Shown here: piece by piece, positions 51,301 through 64,000 of the stretch
Numbering within the stretch: the first letter of the stretch is position 1
Layout: each line of letters begins with the position of its first letter
Assembly: GCA_964035545.1 (NCBI GenBank)
Contig: OZ037767.1
Span: 9,248,581-9,312,580, forward strand
Reading direction: 5' to 3'
Length of the DNA: 64,000 nt
Source: Bugula neritina
Taxonomy: Eukaryota > Animalia > Bryozoa
Program-made: the position numbers and the translations under genes
The notes under the pieces: model-generated
Databases searched by the model: none
Told to the model about the DNA's origin: nothing
Seen by the model: only the letters and a program-made list of their open reading frames with translations

Positions 51301-54300
51301 ATCAACACAGACTGGTATTCTTCCTTCCCTAAAAGACTCTCCAACTTTTTGTCAATTTCGTCCATTGCACAGAGGCTCATTCTATCCAATGAAAAACCCT
51401 CTCCTAAAATGTGAGAATTGATGCATTATTTACTTGCTCCACATGGTTGACAAACAAGTGTTGACAAACAAGTGTTGACAAACAAGTGTTGACAAACAAG
51501 TGTTGACAAACAAGTGTTGACAAACAAGTGTTGACAAACAAGTGTTGACAAACAAGTGTTGACAAACAAGTGTTGACAAACAAGTGTTGACAAACAAGTG
51601 TTGACAAACAAGTGTTGACAAACAAGTGTTGACAAACAAGTGTTGACAAACAAGTGTTGACAGTGTTGATAAGGGCATCAGCTACCAGCAATTCCTAAGC
51701 ATCAAAGTTTCTATAATAATCAGCCCAAAGAGATCTCAAAATCTCAAACTCATACATGTTATAAACCTTCAATCTACTTTTAGTTTACATGAAATAGAGT
51801 CCTATATACCTGATGGAGCAGAAGTTGTGTGTGCCACTCGTTCTTCAGTTATTGCATCATCAACTTCATCGAGGTCTTCTAAAATGTCTGCCAAACGTTT
51901 TTTTTCGTCGTCAGTCATAGCAATTGCATTGCCAGCATCTGCCGCTAACTGAAATATGATAGAAAAGCCGATAAATGTTGATATTAAACACAAGATATAC
52001 AGTCTGCAGCTTTCCTTAGTAATATAGATGATTGTACTTGCAGATATTTCTAATCACTTGAATGATTGTAACTAATATATTGAGTTAACTCATATGACAA
52101 TTACAATTAACAAGCTATACAACTGTATACTGTCCAGATAGAATGTGTTAGATATGTAAACACATCATAGAATTTATACATACATCAATATTTCTCTGAA
52201 TAAAATCCTTATCACCATTGTTTAAATCATCCCTTCTTCTCCTTCTTCTTCGCTTACTTCTGTCAGTTGCTGTGCCAGTTTGATGAGTCGAATCGCTGCC
52301 CGCTTCACTGCTGCCTCCAGCTCCTCTGCTGCCACCAGCTCTTCTGCTACTTCTATTCGTTGAAGCTTTGGATTGTTTACTCTCTAAATAGTGAAGCAAC
52401 AAAATGGTGTAATCAATTGACTGCACCCCTTAGGAATTTTACAAAACTCAGCATAAACAGATAATTCTAATTTCAAGCTTTTAAGTCAAACACAAATTTT
52501 TGTGTTTTTTTATTTGTATGATAATACTTGTAAAATATTTCACAGTATTTGATTATAATAAAACAACACTATATCCATGACTCACTTTGAGAAGATGCCT
52601 CAAAAGATGGAGGTTGAGTTGCAAATAGTGGGGCACCAGACCACCGGCTTTCCTCGTCTGAGGAATTTGCCACGTCTCTGTCAAACCTGTAGTATAATAT
52701 CATATGCGTGTGCATGCGTGTATTTGTAATTTATCATTACTGTGTCTTTATCGTTATTGCAATATATGATACATTTCCATTACAATTTCAATCGCTATTA
52801 AAATATATATAACTCCTACTAAAATTTTAACATTTCTTGGGAAACAAATGAAACTAACTATTATAGAAGTATAGCCTTTACTTCATTTTTTTTTATAATT
52901 CTAGTAGCACAACTGTATAGCCCAACAAAGCTAAAACAATCCACGGTTAATTGAACCTTATACAAATTGCAAGTAATGAGCAATAAAAATATATTTTAGA
53001 GTTGTCTCCTTTAAATAAATTTTAACAGTACAACTTTTCTGTTTCTGAAAAACATAGACATGTTTAATTACTAAAAGATTCAACTTATATATCATAATTC
53101 ATTATAGATAACTATGAATGACAATAATTAACTCATAATCTGAGAGTTACTATGATCTGAAATATTGAAATTTATAAAAACTGCTCGTACTAGTAGAGTT
53201 GGTAAATTGGAATTGATCATGCAACATAGTATTATCAATTCATCTCTTTAGCACAATAACTAGTGACTATTGATTTTGATTGCCACATTACTAAAATCAT
53301 ATTTTTCATCAAAATTATCTTTATATATATTAGCCAAAACACCTTAATAGTTTTAGAGAAAAGTAGAAAATAAGAAATAATAGTTACTACTGTTCTAAAT
53401 GACTATGGCTTTCAATTCATTATTGACTAACCTTGCAATAGATGGAGGAAGGCTGAGAAATTTTTCAGTGTTAATAGATTCATCCTTGGTGCTACTCTTG
53501 TGTGACCTTTCTTTGCTGAGCTCTGCCAGCTCTCCCCTTAGTTGTTTCTGTAAAGCTATTCTCTCTCTCTTGATTCGTCGTTCTCGCTTTGTTCGATTTT
53601 CCAAAATTTTATCAAATTTTCTCATTTGTAAAAGAGCTTCCTTAATTTTGGGATCAATGTCTTCTTCTGTTTCTTTTTTAATATGTGAGCTGGTAAAATA
53701 CCAACACCAAATCATAAAGTATTCTTTCACCATAAATATAGAATGAAAGTCAGGTTAAAACAATACTAGCTACATACTTCTAATAAATATAAAAGTTTTA
53801 AAAAAACATTTGAATCAGTTTTAACTAAGAACATTAATCACAATGACAATTAAAACATATGCTATAAGTTCATGTACCAATGTGCATATTTACATATTTA
53901 CCTATTAGAAATCTGTTTCAATTCGTCTTTCAACTCCATTTTAATTGCCTTAGTTATCTCATTTCTAATTTTATGTACTGCATCGTTTTCTTCGTCTGTG
54001 TCTAACTCGACTACGGTGTCAGCACCTACATGCAAATATTTGGTAGTAAAGTATTTAACATTATTAAAATTTATGGAAAGCTGATTATTAATAAAAATCG
54101 AATACTTACCACTGATGAGGATTTGCCTTTGTGATGCGAGTGTAGGGTCTAGACTCTTGTACGGAACTAACTGCTGCTGCACATATTTCTCACTAAAAGT
54201 TTTGTACGGCTCTTGCGTGTCAATTTCGTTAGTTTCAGAATGAGAATCTGACGATTCAAAATCGTGGTCGTCATCTTCTGATAAATTTTCTAGCACCCAT

Positions 54301-55155
54301 TCCTATAAACCATTTCAGAAACCATAATCAATATTCTTCCACAAAACTTGTGCAAAGCGGGTTACTAAAAATTGCAAAAGATTTGTTTCACTGCATTTAA
54401 AAAATATGTGTAGACATCATCAACGACTTCACATTAAAAATTGGATTACTCAGCAATATTATTACAAAAACACTCTTTAGTAATCATCAACTAACTGCAA
54501 ATAAAAGTATCAAAATAAAAAGTTTCAAAGAATATATTACTGCAATCAGTGCTTGATACTAAAATAGTTAACATTCTACTTTGAAGTGTCAACACTGAAT
54601 GAATTCTACAACAAGTCAAACTAAAGTCAACATAGAAAATCTGCATTCAAGTCAAGTCAAACAACTGCATGAACCAACTTATTTTATTGCAAATACTTGC
54701 TCAAGCCAAAATATAAAATGCCCATTTTAAAAAATAACGTACTCTTGTACAATATAATACTATGAAATTTGATCATAAATACAGTTGCTAATAGTTATAC
54801 TTATAGAGCTTTGACACTAATTTACTTTACAAATGACTTATTGGCAAAATTGTTTAATTAAATGCTTAATTATTTGCAATAGGACTCTACTTACCTCTTC
54901 GTCATCAAACCCATCTGGAATTATTTGTATTCCACCAGCAATGTTCCTATCATTATTAAAGCCCTGTTGAGAACGAAAGTCATGTGATTGAAACCTTGAG
55001 CTTACACCACTAGAAGCACGTGATGATGTTGCTCTACTTCCAGGACGGATTCTTTTCGATACTGATTGAAGTGGTAATTCTTCATCACTACCTCGCTCAA
55101 TATCTAACGAAAAACCATTAAACTCTCTGCCTGAGCTTCTAAATCGATCAGCCAT
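48369..55155 (-). CDS. FSIP1: Fibrous sheath-interacting protein 1-like, about 12 exons; last exon uncertain
   Basis: DIERGS..RIRPGSR; DPKIKEALLQMRKFDKIL..ESINTEKFLSL; KDFIQRNI/LAADAGNAIAMTDDEKKRLADILEDLDE; EIDKKLESL; IGEKALQE..RRLADIEKEL; LTGQQLHALLDQC. These blocks occur in FSIP1 order. Confidence 0.8.
49830..50190. repeat. 18-bp minisatellite ATGATGTCACAATGTART abutting the FSIP1 acceptor at 49828-29
   Basis: Seen directly, ~20 copies. Confidence 0.92.
51446..51668. repeat. 14-bp near-perfect minisatellite GTTGACAAACAAGT, ~15 copies
   Basis: Seen directly. Confidence 0.92.
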
Positions 55156-56584
55156 GTGGAGTTTGATGCTGCATACATTCGTTTTCAGCTAATAACGCAA
55201 ACTAATCAATCTTATTGACTTGGCTTGAATTCTTGCTAAAGAAAATTTAAAAAGTAAATCTAAGGCTAAGTTTGATATTGATACTGTAAAATATAACTTA
55301 TAGACAACTATAGAGTAATTATTATGGTAAATTAGCAATAATTATTAAGAAGTAGCATCACCAATGAAAACAACAGGATGCCAAGTCCGCAGTAAAGATA
55401 ATACTCGATTACATTGGTTTAAAGTTTTAATCACCAAAGTTCGAATGATTGACAGGAGGAAAGGTAACTCCAATAGTTAGTGTAATGCATTCGTGGTACA
55501 AAAACTTACAAGTTCTGTCATGCACAGAATCTAGAAAGCCGTCATGTAATTTCGAACTCCAACTGTTTTCTCACATAGAAACAAATATCTAGGTATGACT
55601 GATTCCTTCAACAACACACTAACTTAAATATATTTGCCATTCACAGAAATTTAGTGATTCAACAGTCTTGCAAAATCAAAAGCAGAACATCATTCAACTA
55701 TATTGTCAATTATTAGAAATGACATTAAGCAAGGTGGATTTCTTGTGAAGTTTATTTTCACATGCCAAAATAAACCATTTACAATAACTCAGTTACAAAC
55801 ATAGCATATTTATTGGTAACACAGCTACAAAAATAAATATACATGATAACAAAATGCATTACAATAGTAAATGACTGTGCATTAATTTAGAATGCAACAA
55901 TACAGTGAATATCTAATCAATTGTATAAACATAAATTAACTACCCAGCCTAGTGTGCTCCTTTACATCAAGTAAAATGACTAGAAAATATTTAACTTGAA
56001 ATAGGGATTCCAAACAACCATAGAACTGCACTATTTAATTGTTAATTGTTTCTCTAGAATTTAGGTGTACTAAATGATATAGAAATATGAAGAGAATCAG
56101 TGAGTATACATACTACTGGTGTTGGTAAGACTTGACTGAAGTCAGTTGGTGCTAAATGAAGGAGTCAGCTGCAGTAAACCAGAGCTAGGAATGTCTTATT
56201 AGTCAACTGATAGACAAAATTATAATATAAAAACATAAACTGAATAATAAATATATGATGCTTAGTTAAAACTGGAAACCTAACAAGTGTATTTGTTTTC
56301 ACTTGTGCGCTTGTCATATACAAGCCTACTAGTTGCATTAATTACAAAAACATCTTTATTTTATCACTTTACTTCACTACAGAGTTACATTACAATGGTA
56401 GAAATATATAATATTTAAAATATATTTTTTATGAGGATTGCAGAATATGCTAGGTTAGACAGCCAATTATATAGCTTAGAACACAAGACAGATGTCAATA
56501 TATTTTATAGTCTCTGATAGACAATCCTGCAGGGTTCAAGAGTGGTGCTTGCAGCTGGTGGCTGGTGAATTCTCGTTTAATCTG

Positions 56585-59500
56585 TTAACCCATTGGAGGA
56601 TCCATCACCTCAAAGTTACTAGTGGTAACAGGTTCAGACAACCCTTTGATGTTCTCCAGGTGATCGTTGGGTGTGATGAGATGGGTGGAGCCTAGAGAAA
56701 TAATTGAATAAATTAAGTAGTGCTGGTCCTGAGTTATGACAAGCAAAATTATACACCCCCTACATATTAGAAGAGAATGGACACATACCAACTATAATAT
56801 CCCATGCTTTATTCCCTTCACCAATCTCATAGGCTGCTCTAGTCTCACTATAGGTAATTCCTCCAATCACAAAGAAGATAAGACGAGGCCCGGTCCTAGC
56901 TTGGCCTCTAACATTAGTCCAGTGATATCTTGTCCTGGCACTAATGTAATCCATAACAGCTACTGAGTTATGCAAGAATAGCAAGAAATTAGAATGAAAG
57001 TAAGAAAACTGTACAATATCCAAGTATTAAAATTCATGGCAGCTTTGGAAATGCCTATGAACTCAAGAGAAGCTGTACAGAGTACAATAACCTGAGGTTC
57101 AATAGCACTTACCTTGTGGGTGCAGTACCACGCCCCGCTCCACGAGCTCCACCACTAAGATATGGAAACTGCTTCTGATCAAGTTTATCTTCAACAGCTT
57201 CTTCAATCAGGTCCTTGAAGTACGGCGTCCATCTCGACTGTTGGTAGGTCTGTTCAGAAACCCTTTCCTTACGGTTTGAGGCATGGTAAGCAGTGTATGG
57301 TTTACGTCTTGTACCCTGTGGTAACACTGAGCATGTTCAAATCAATAAAAATACATTTAAAAGAGTAATACCTAAAATAGTGGCCAATGAAATGGGTACA
57401 AATGACTGGCAATAACGAACCATGCACACAGAACCTGTTTAGATACACCTCCCCCTGACCACTCAGACACTACAAACCACAGCCTAAATCTGAAGACTCA
57501 TACAATCAACGTCCCTCTGTGCACTAAAACCCACACAAAGTCACAGCTGCTAAGCAATCTTTCAATAAAAGTACTCAACACGTGATTGGCCCAACAGCTA
57601 TGACCTCACAGTGGCTTCAGTACAAGGAAGGCAGCAATGTGTGGAATAAGCTGCTCTACACATGAACGTTCACCTGAAAGACCCGGAAATAACATACTAG
57701 AATAGTTGACAGACAACAAAACAGTTTAGAAAATCAAACCAATCCATATTACTTGGCTCTCATTGGATCCAACAAATGCAAGGTTATCAGCATAGAATAA
57801 CTGAGTCATTTTATTTCTAGTCTTCTCCTGTAACAGCACATCACAGGTATGACCGTATCAATGGAGTAAAACTTTAATTTATCCCTAAATACTGTGGACA
57901 AACTACCAATCATAAGTTGGTGCCTAATGTTGATGCTGAACTGGAATTCTACAGCAGTCAGCAACTTTAACCACAATCGGCAAGCAGTCAATACATACGC
58001 AAAGAAAACGTAATAAGCCTCCAGGATGTCGCATGTTATTTGGGAGAATGAAAGCTTTTGGTGCGCATTATTTACCCCCCAACACCATCTATGTAGTACA
58101 AAACAGTAAGCATAAGTGCACTTACACTTACAGTCCATACTAATAATATGTACATGTATCTATGTAATGCACTTACACTTAGCCTAGGGCCACACTGTGC
58201 GTATTTTCGCATGCGAAAATGGAAATCACAAGTAGCAAAGGTGTCCACTGTAGCATCAGTGATGCGTGATAAATAAAGTTTTCATTTTTAAATCGCACTC
58301 GCTTTCAATAAAACGCAATTTACTGGAATATAGCACTAAAATAAAATAATTGGGCTCGCTAAATAACTACCAACCAATTAGGTGACGGCGACAGAGACGA
58401 TTCGCACTTGCGTTGAGAATGCAGAGCGACAAGTGCGAATGTTTTCTCAACGCGTACAGTGGACACCTTTGCTACTTGTGATTTCAATTTTCGCATGCGA
58501 AAATACGCACAGTGTGGCCCTAGGCTTACTGTCATACTAATAATCTGTACATGTATTTACATGTACATATGATTGCAGTCATACTAATCATGTGTACACG
58601 TATATATGTTTTGAGTTGACTTGGTAAAGGTGCGGTAAGAACTGGGGTTGGGGCAGATGGGGTTAAAGATACTCACAGTACCAAATGTGGTGTAAGGTTT
58701 AGCATTAGTAGAAGCAGTCCCACCTGCCTGCATAAAATTACATAACAGTTTTGGAAATAATGGCAGTACGCAGGACAGTATCATTAGTATGGCGTGTCCG
58801 CCATTACCATATAATATTAATTGTAAATTATTGGATAATTTCTAGCTTTTAAGATAAAATGTAAAAAATCGTAGAGGACCATGTTAATAAAGGTATCAGT
58901 AACTCATGTCACACCAGTATCACACCTGTCCTAGCCTATCATTAGCATACGTGTATATATTGCATTGGGAAACGGTCAACTAAGCACATGTTTCTGTGAC
59001 AAGGTGGAATTCATAGAATTTATTATGAAGAGTTACAGAATATTCAGCAACTGTGTACATTTTCACAGTCCTGATCATACTGCAACAGAAAGAGAAGTGA
59101 CTAACAAAAGTCTGTATGCTAGCTTAGATACTGACTAAATGGCTGCCTTTCCTAATGGTAATGTGGGACATTACAGAGAACTACAGAGGACCAAGAGGCT
59201 CTACAAAAGGCATGACAAGGTGCAATGATGAGTACCAGATGATATATTAGGTGACTCTTACCTCTGCTACATGTATGGTAAGGTTCACACAAGTGTCACA
59301 AGCACTAAGCTACCAAAAGGCTGATATACTATTACAGACATATTGAAACATGGCTGCAAGCACTACAAAACCTGGGACGACACTTCTAACAGTAGAAGAA
59401 GCGGTTATTTGAAGACATTCACATCAATAGAAGCTGTTTACCAGCACATTCAATGTACTAAATACTCTTGCGTCTAACTAGCCAAGGGTTGATGTTCCAA

Positions 59501-62500
59501 TAACACTAAGGTTGCTGTTACGGACAAGTACATACAGGGGACACTGATTTTACCTTCAGCAAGGGAGAGCATTCATTTTGTACAGTCACTGCACTACGAA
59601 ATGCATCCACCACGTTACCAGACATCTTTAAATGAATAAATTAAATCAGAGTCAAGTGAAGCAATCACCATCACTGTGTTAATTGAAAGAGACTAGAGAT
59701 AGAAAAGTGAATAATACAGAGAGTAGTTGAGTGTAGAGCTAGATGCTGCAACGGTATTATATCTGTCACCTAAACTTACATCTTGTATAACAGGCACAGC
59801 CAGGTGCTGCAAGTTAAATATCTTCACTTTGTCTTCCATGGGTATGGTGGCATGTTGTAAGAGCTTTGTTAGATTCTCTTCAGTGATACCTGGAAAGGAA
59901 CTATCACTATATCCATTCATTCAACACAACCAATCCAATTGCTAATAGACTATTGTTAATAGTTTAATTTTATTTCTATAACTTATAACTTGTATGCACT
60001 TTCATATTCCTTTGACAAGGAGAAATGAAATTAGTCATCTCATGGAGGTTGAAATAAAGAATAAGCAACATTTAACAGAAAAGTTAAGCAACAGTTGAGT
60101 TGGTGAAACCTCTACCTCCTTTGTACAAGATGTACAGCAATATGATTCTAATCTTCTCATTCACATTGATGTTTGCATTCAAAAGTATCGGTACAACTGC
60201 TCTCATCGGATCTCGAATTCTCTCATTCTCCGAGTCTGTGCCCATAGCCAGGTCCTGGACACACAAAGATCATAAACAGTCACTTGACTTCATCAAACAC
60301 GGCACACGCATGCAAACTAAAGAGAAGACAGAAACCAACTTGTTCAACTTTACAAACCAGAGAGAAGATAAAACTAACTTGTTCAACTTTGCAGATTTCA
60401 GCAACTTTGTGTTGATATTCCCTCATGCAGTCTTCGGCCAAGTGCATGTGAGTGGCGTAGTTATTCAGCTCCTTCTGGTACTGCGGCATTCTCTTCACCA
60501 TCTGCGCCACGTCATTCACAGACGACTTCTCTTTACCTTCCTTTCCGCTGATCCGCTTTTCTTCAGCAAATTGCTTCAACTTCTTTGTCACTTTCCTGTT
60601 AGCATTACCAACAAATGCTGTACACAATGTTTGTCAAGTATGAAAACTTAGCACCACATTACAGAGTAAACTAAAGGTGTCTCGCCACCTAGCACTTCTT
60701 GGAGAGTGAGTGTGCTTTCTGTGAACTCTAAAGTAAACAGGTAATCCTTAAACTGCTTAGCCAACCAGATCATTCCAACTTAGAAAGAGAAAATTTGTTA
60801 AGCCAGAAGTTACTGAACATGCAAAATGCTTCACATAAACCCTGCCAGCAGTAATGGCCAAAAGTGACACTGTTTTGATTGAATATTTCAATGTGGACTA
60901 CACAGCTGTCTATGGAATTAGAACATGAATTGTCTAAGAAAACCTTCAAAAACATTAAACTCTAAAACATTATTTAATTAGTAAGCACCTACTAAAATAC
61001 AGAGGTAGTTAACTAGATATAATATAATACAAATGCTACTAACTGGCTAACATTAGCAATGTGTTGATGTCGAAGCTCCACCCACAAATCATCTGATTCG
61101 TCCAAAATGACCTCAGCTTCTTTCTGAAATAAAGATGTGGTGGCATGGTGCAAAATAGTATGCAAAAAGTTATATTATAGCAAAGTGTGTTGTGTGTAGA
61201 CATTTGATATATTACAGTATAGTGTATAGAGTATAGACATGTGATATATTACAGTGTAGTGTATATAGACATGTGATATATTACAGTGTAGTGTGTATAG
61301 ACATGTGATATATTACAGTGTAGTGTGTATAGACATGTGATATATTACAGTGTAGTATGTATAGACATGTGATATATTACAGTGTAGTGTGTATAGACAT
61401 GTGATATATTACAGTGTAGTGTGTATAGACATGTGATATATTACAGTGTAGTGTGTATAGACATGTGATATATTACAGTGTAGTGTGTATAGACATGTGA
61501 TATATTACAGTGTAGTATGTATAGACATGTGATATATTACAGTGTAGTGTGTATAGACATGTGATATATTACAGTGTAGTATGTATAGACATGTGATATA
61601 TTACAGTGTAGTGTGTATAGACATGTGATATATTACAGTATAGTGTATATAGGCATGTGATATATTACAGTGTAGTATGTATAGACATGTGATATATTAC
61701 AGTGTAGTGTGTATAGACATGTGATATATTACAGTGTAGTATGTATAGACATGTGATATATTACAGTGTAGTGTGTATAGACATGTGATATATTACAGTG
61801 TAGTATGTATAGACATGTGATATATTACAGTGTAGTATGTATAGACATGTGATATATTACAGTGTAGTGTGTATAGACATGTGATATATTACAGTATAGT
61901 GTATATAGGCATGTGATATATTACAGTGTAGTGTGTAAATACAAAAGCAGAGAAACTCACGGTGCCAGTTGGGCTCTCCTTCTTGTAGATATAAACATCA
62001 TTCTCTATCGGCAGCAGGTCATAAGACATAGCCTGGAAAGTCAGCTCATGCAGAAGAGGGGTGACGGGATCAAACCCTCTATCTATTATAATTAGCTGGG
62101 ACCTTTCTTTGTTAGGACCCTGAGTAAAGCAGAACAAACTGACTTCATAACAGTTTAAATTAACCTCAACTGTTCAAGTCTAAGTATTGTACAATTATAA
62201 CTCACATCTCCCATTGAAGGATCATCTGCCTTGTACGCCACCAGCTTCTGTTGGACCAGCTGTGCAAACTCTCCATTCTGGTCAAAGTGTGCTCTGTACC
62301 TGCAAAACATAATTGTAAGTCAGTCACATGACATTATGACCCCATTCAAACACACCGACAAAATATATTTCATGTAATGGCATACCTGATTGCTCTAAAT
62401 CAGGGATGTCCAACAGGCCCAGAGCCGGACGTGGCCCCCCCAGCCTACATTTATGTGGCCCTCAAAGGCATAAAACTAAAATTATTTTTCACACGTATAT

Positions 62501-63966
62501 ATATTCGAGTGAAAAACCACCTATATATTCCGTGTGATAGCATACCAGATTGCTACAAAATATAGCGTCACAACAGAGCGGCTACATTATGGAGCTAAGA
62601 TAGAAAGATACTTACCTAATAGAAGGAAACTCACGAAGAGTTGCACACAGTGTAGCTATTTGTTCAGCAGCTCTCTCCAGACAATTTATCCTGTTCAGTT
62701 CTCGGTTGGGTGAATAAAATGCGTTGAAAACAGTTGGGCTGCCCAATGTAAAAACCTTCAACATAAATGTATTACTCAACATTATCTAAACTAGAAATGA
62801 ACCAAGTATGAAATATCTGTAGCTGGCAGCTGGTATATGTAAATAGTTTTATCAAGATGGACAAATCTGGAGCTACTAGTTTACCTGCAGCAGAACCATC
62901 GATGAATCAAAATTTAAAATCAACTTTTGAGACTAAAAAACGATTATGTAATAATATTTTAGCTAAGTCAGTTACTGCAGACTAATGTACTTGGTTGTAG
63001 TAACTATTAGCCAAATTGCATATATACAAGCATACATAATATATATGATAAGTTTTAACGAAATACATATAAGATAACTGCAAAATTAATTACACAGGGA
63101 AAGTGGGAATATAAATAGGAGATATCCCACTGTATGTGGCATAGAAAGTCACAGCTGAGCCTAACAGCCAAATCAGTTGAATACTAGAATCAATATGCAA
63201 GAGATCTGGCACATTCAAGTATTGATTGCTCACGTTGAATAGATAGTCCAAGATCAATAAATTCAGTACACAGCAAACAGGTTATTCTAAACATATAGAA
63301 TCTTGTCTAATTCAAGAAGTTACAACAAAGCCAATGGAAACCATGGAAACTATGCTATAACCCATATGAAACCCGAGAGAAGACTAGAAGTAACACTTGG
63401 ATGTAACTGGCAATTAACTGTATGCTGTGTTGACTGTTGCTATCACAGTGATAATTTCATCTAACTGACTCTACACTGGCCTTACATACAGTAAACTACT
63501 ACACACTGCAAATTACTGCTCATCTATGCTGACTCATTCATACTGGTCAAAGCATACGTGTTCCAATTTTACAACTCATAAGCAGCCAGCAGAATAAAAG
63601 TATAGCCAGTATGGCGTATGCTAATAATATAATAAGGGTAGAACTGCAAAAGATTCACTGTGGAAGCTAAAACCCCATTCAAATACGTCATGAGTCTCGA
63701 CACTTCCAACTTACATTTAATACATTTATCAAAATAGTAAGACTTACACTAGCTACATGTCAAATAAAGAACTCACCCTTCTTTCGCATGGCATGAAGGC
63801 ACAGTTGATTTCCTTTAGAGTTTTGATAGCCTTGTACTTAGTTGCTGGATGTCTGCACATGTCTGTGAACAACTGATCCGGGCAAGCTTCAGTAAAATAG
63901 ACGTGTGCCGCTCTGTACGTCCATTTACCATGTTCAGCAAAGTCCGACAGCAGCTGACTCACACTC
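56585..63966 (-). CDS. STXBP1: Syntaxin-binding protein 1 (Munc18-1/unc-18/Rop), 5' part beyond the window
   Basis: [22 protein letters not shown]; [18 protein letters not shown]; [30 protein letters not shown]; [13 protein letters not shown]; [17 protein letters not shown]; [12 protein letters not shown]; [17 protein letters not shown]; [22 protein letters not shown]; GSTHLITP. Confidence 0.96.
58182..58525. mobile_element. PIF/Harbinger-type MITE, 344 bp, with ~70-bp TIRs
   Basis: GCCTAGGGCCACACTGTGCGTATTTTCGCATGCGAAAAT...CACTGTA mirrored at the right end. TTA TSD at 58179-81 and 58526-28. Confidence 0.9.
61195..61935. repeat. 32-bp minisatellite AGACATGTGATATATTACAGTGTAGTRTGTAT, ~23 copies, in an STXBP1 intron
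   Basis: Seen directly; it begins ~25 nt inside the donor at 61960. Confidence 0.95.
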
Positions 63967-64000
63967 TGCAGAAATAAAGAGTCTCGCTGAGCAAACCGGG

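Noticed and set aside
51404-51691. CRISPR-like array or LFVNTCLSTLVCQH protein
   Set aside because: Head-to-tail repeat without unique spacers, in a eukaryotic intron, with no cas genes.
62401-62465. hAT-like MITE terminus (CAGGGATGTCCAAC..GGCCC); a similar single end lies at ~37185-37217
   Set aside because: No partner TIR or 8-bp TSD could be located, so no element boundaries are supportable.

Overview
AT-rich, intron-rich DNA from an invertebrate animal; the species cannot be determined from the sequence. Host genes in order: 3' end of SEC23 (+); complete TATDN3 (-, 9 coding exons); an uncharacterised ~327-aa Ser-rich gene with an RPYLDLEKM motif (+, 16361-30795); complete SIN3A-like corepressor (+, 24 exons); FSIP1-like (-); and the 3' part of STXBP1/unc-18 (-, runs off the window). 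A near-intact 5.5-kb two-gene PIF/Harbinger transposon sits in a TATDN3 intron. The 10.5-kb intron of the uncharacterised gene holds an apparent three-layer nest: a Tc1 element inside a TTAA-flanked Kolobok-like element carrying a P2X7-ballast/KolX-like pseudogene, which in turn interrupts a decayed env/fusion-glycoprotein-like ORF next to a possible Maverick/Polinton-like ORF. There is also a LINE RT fragment, a tRNA-derived SINE, three MITEs and many minisatellites, several of which abut or duplicate splice sites. All exon structures are manual (GT/GC-AG plus phase) and all family calls come from recalled motifs, not database searches.
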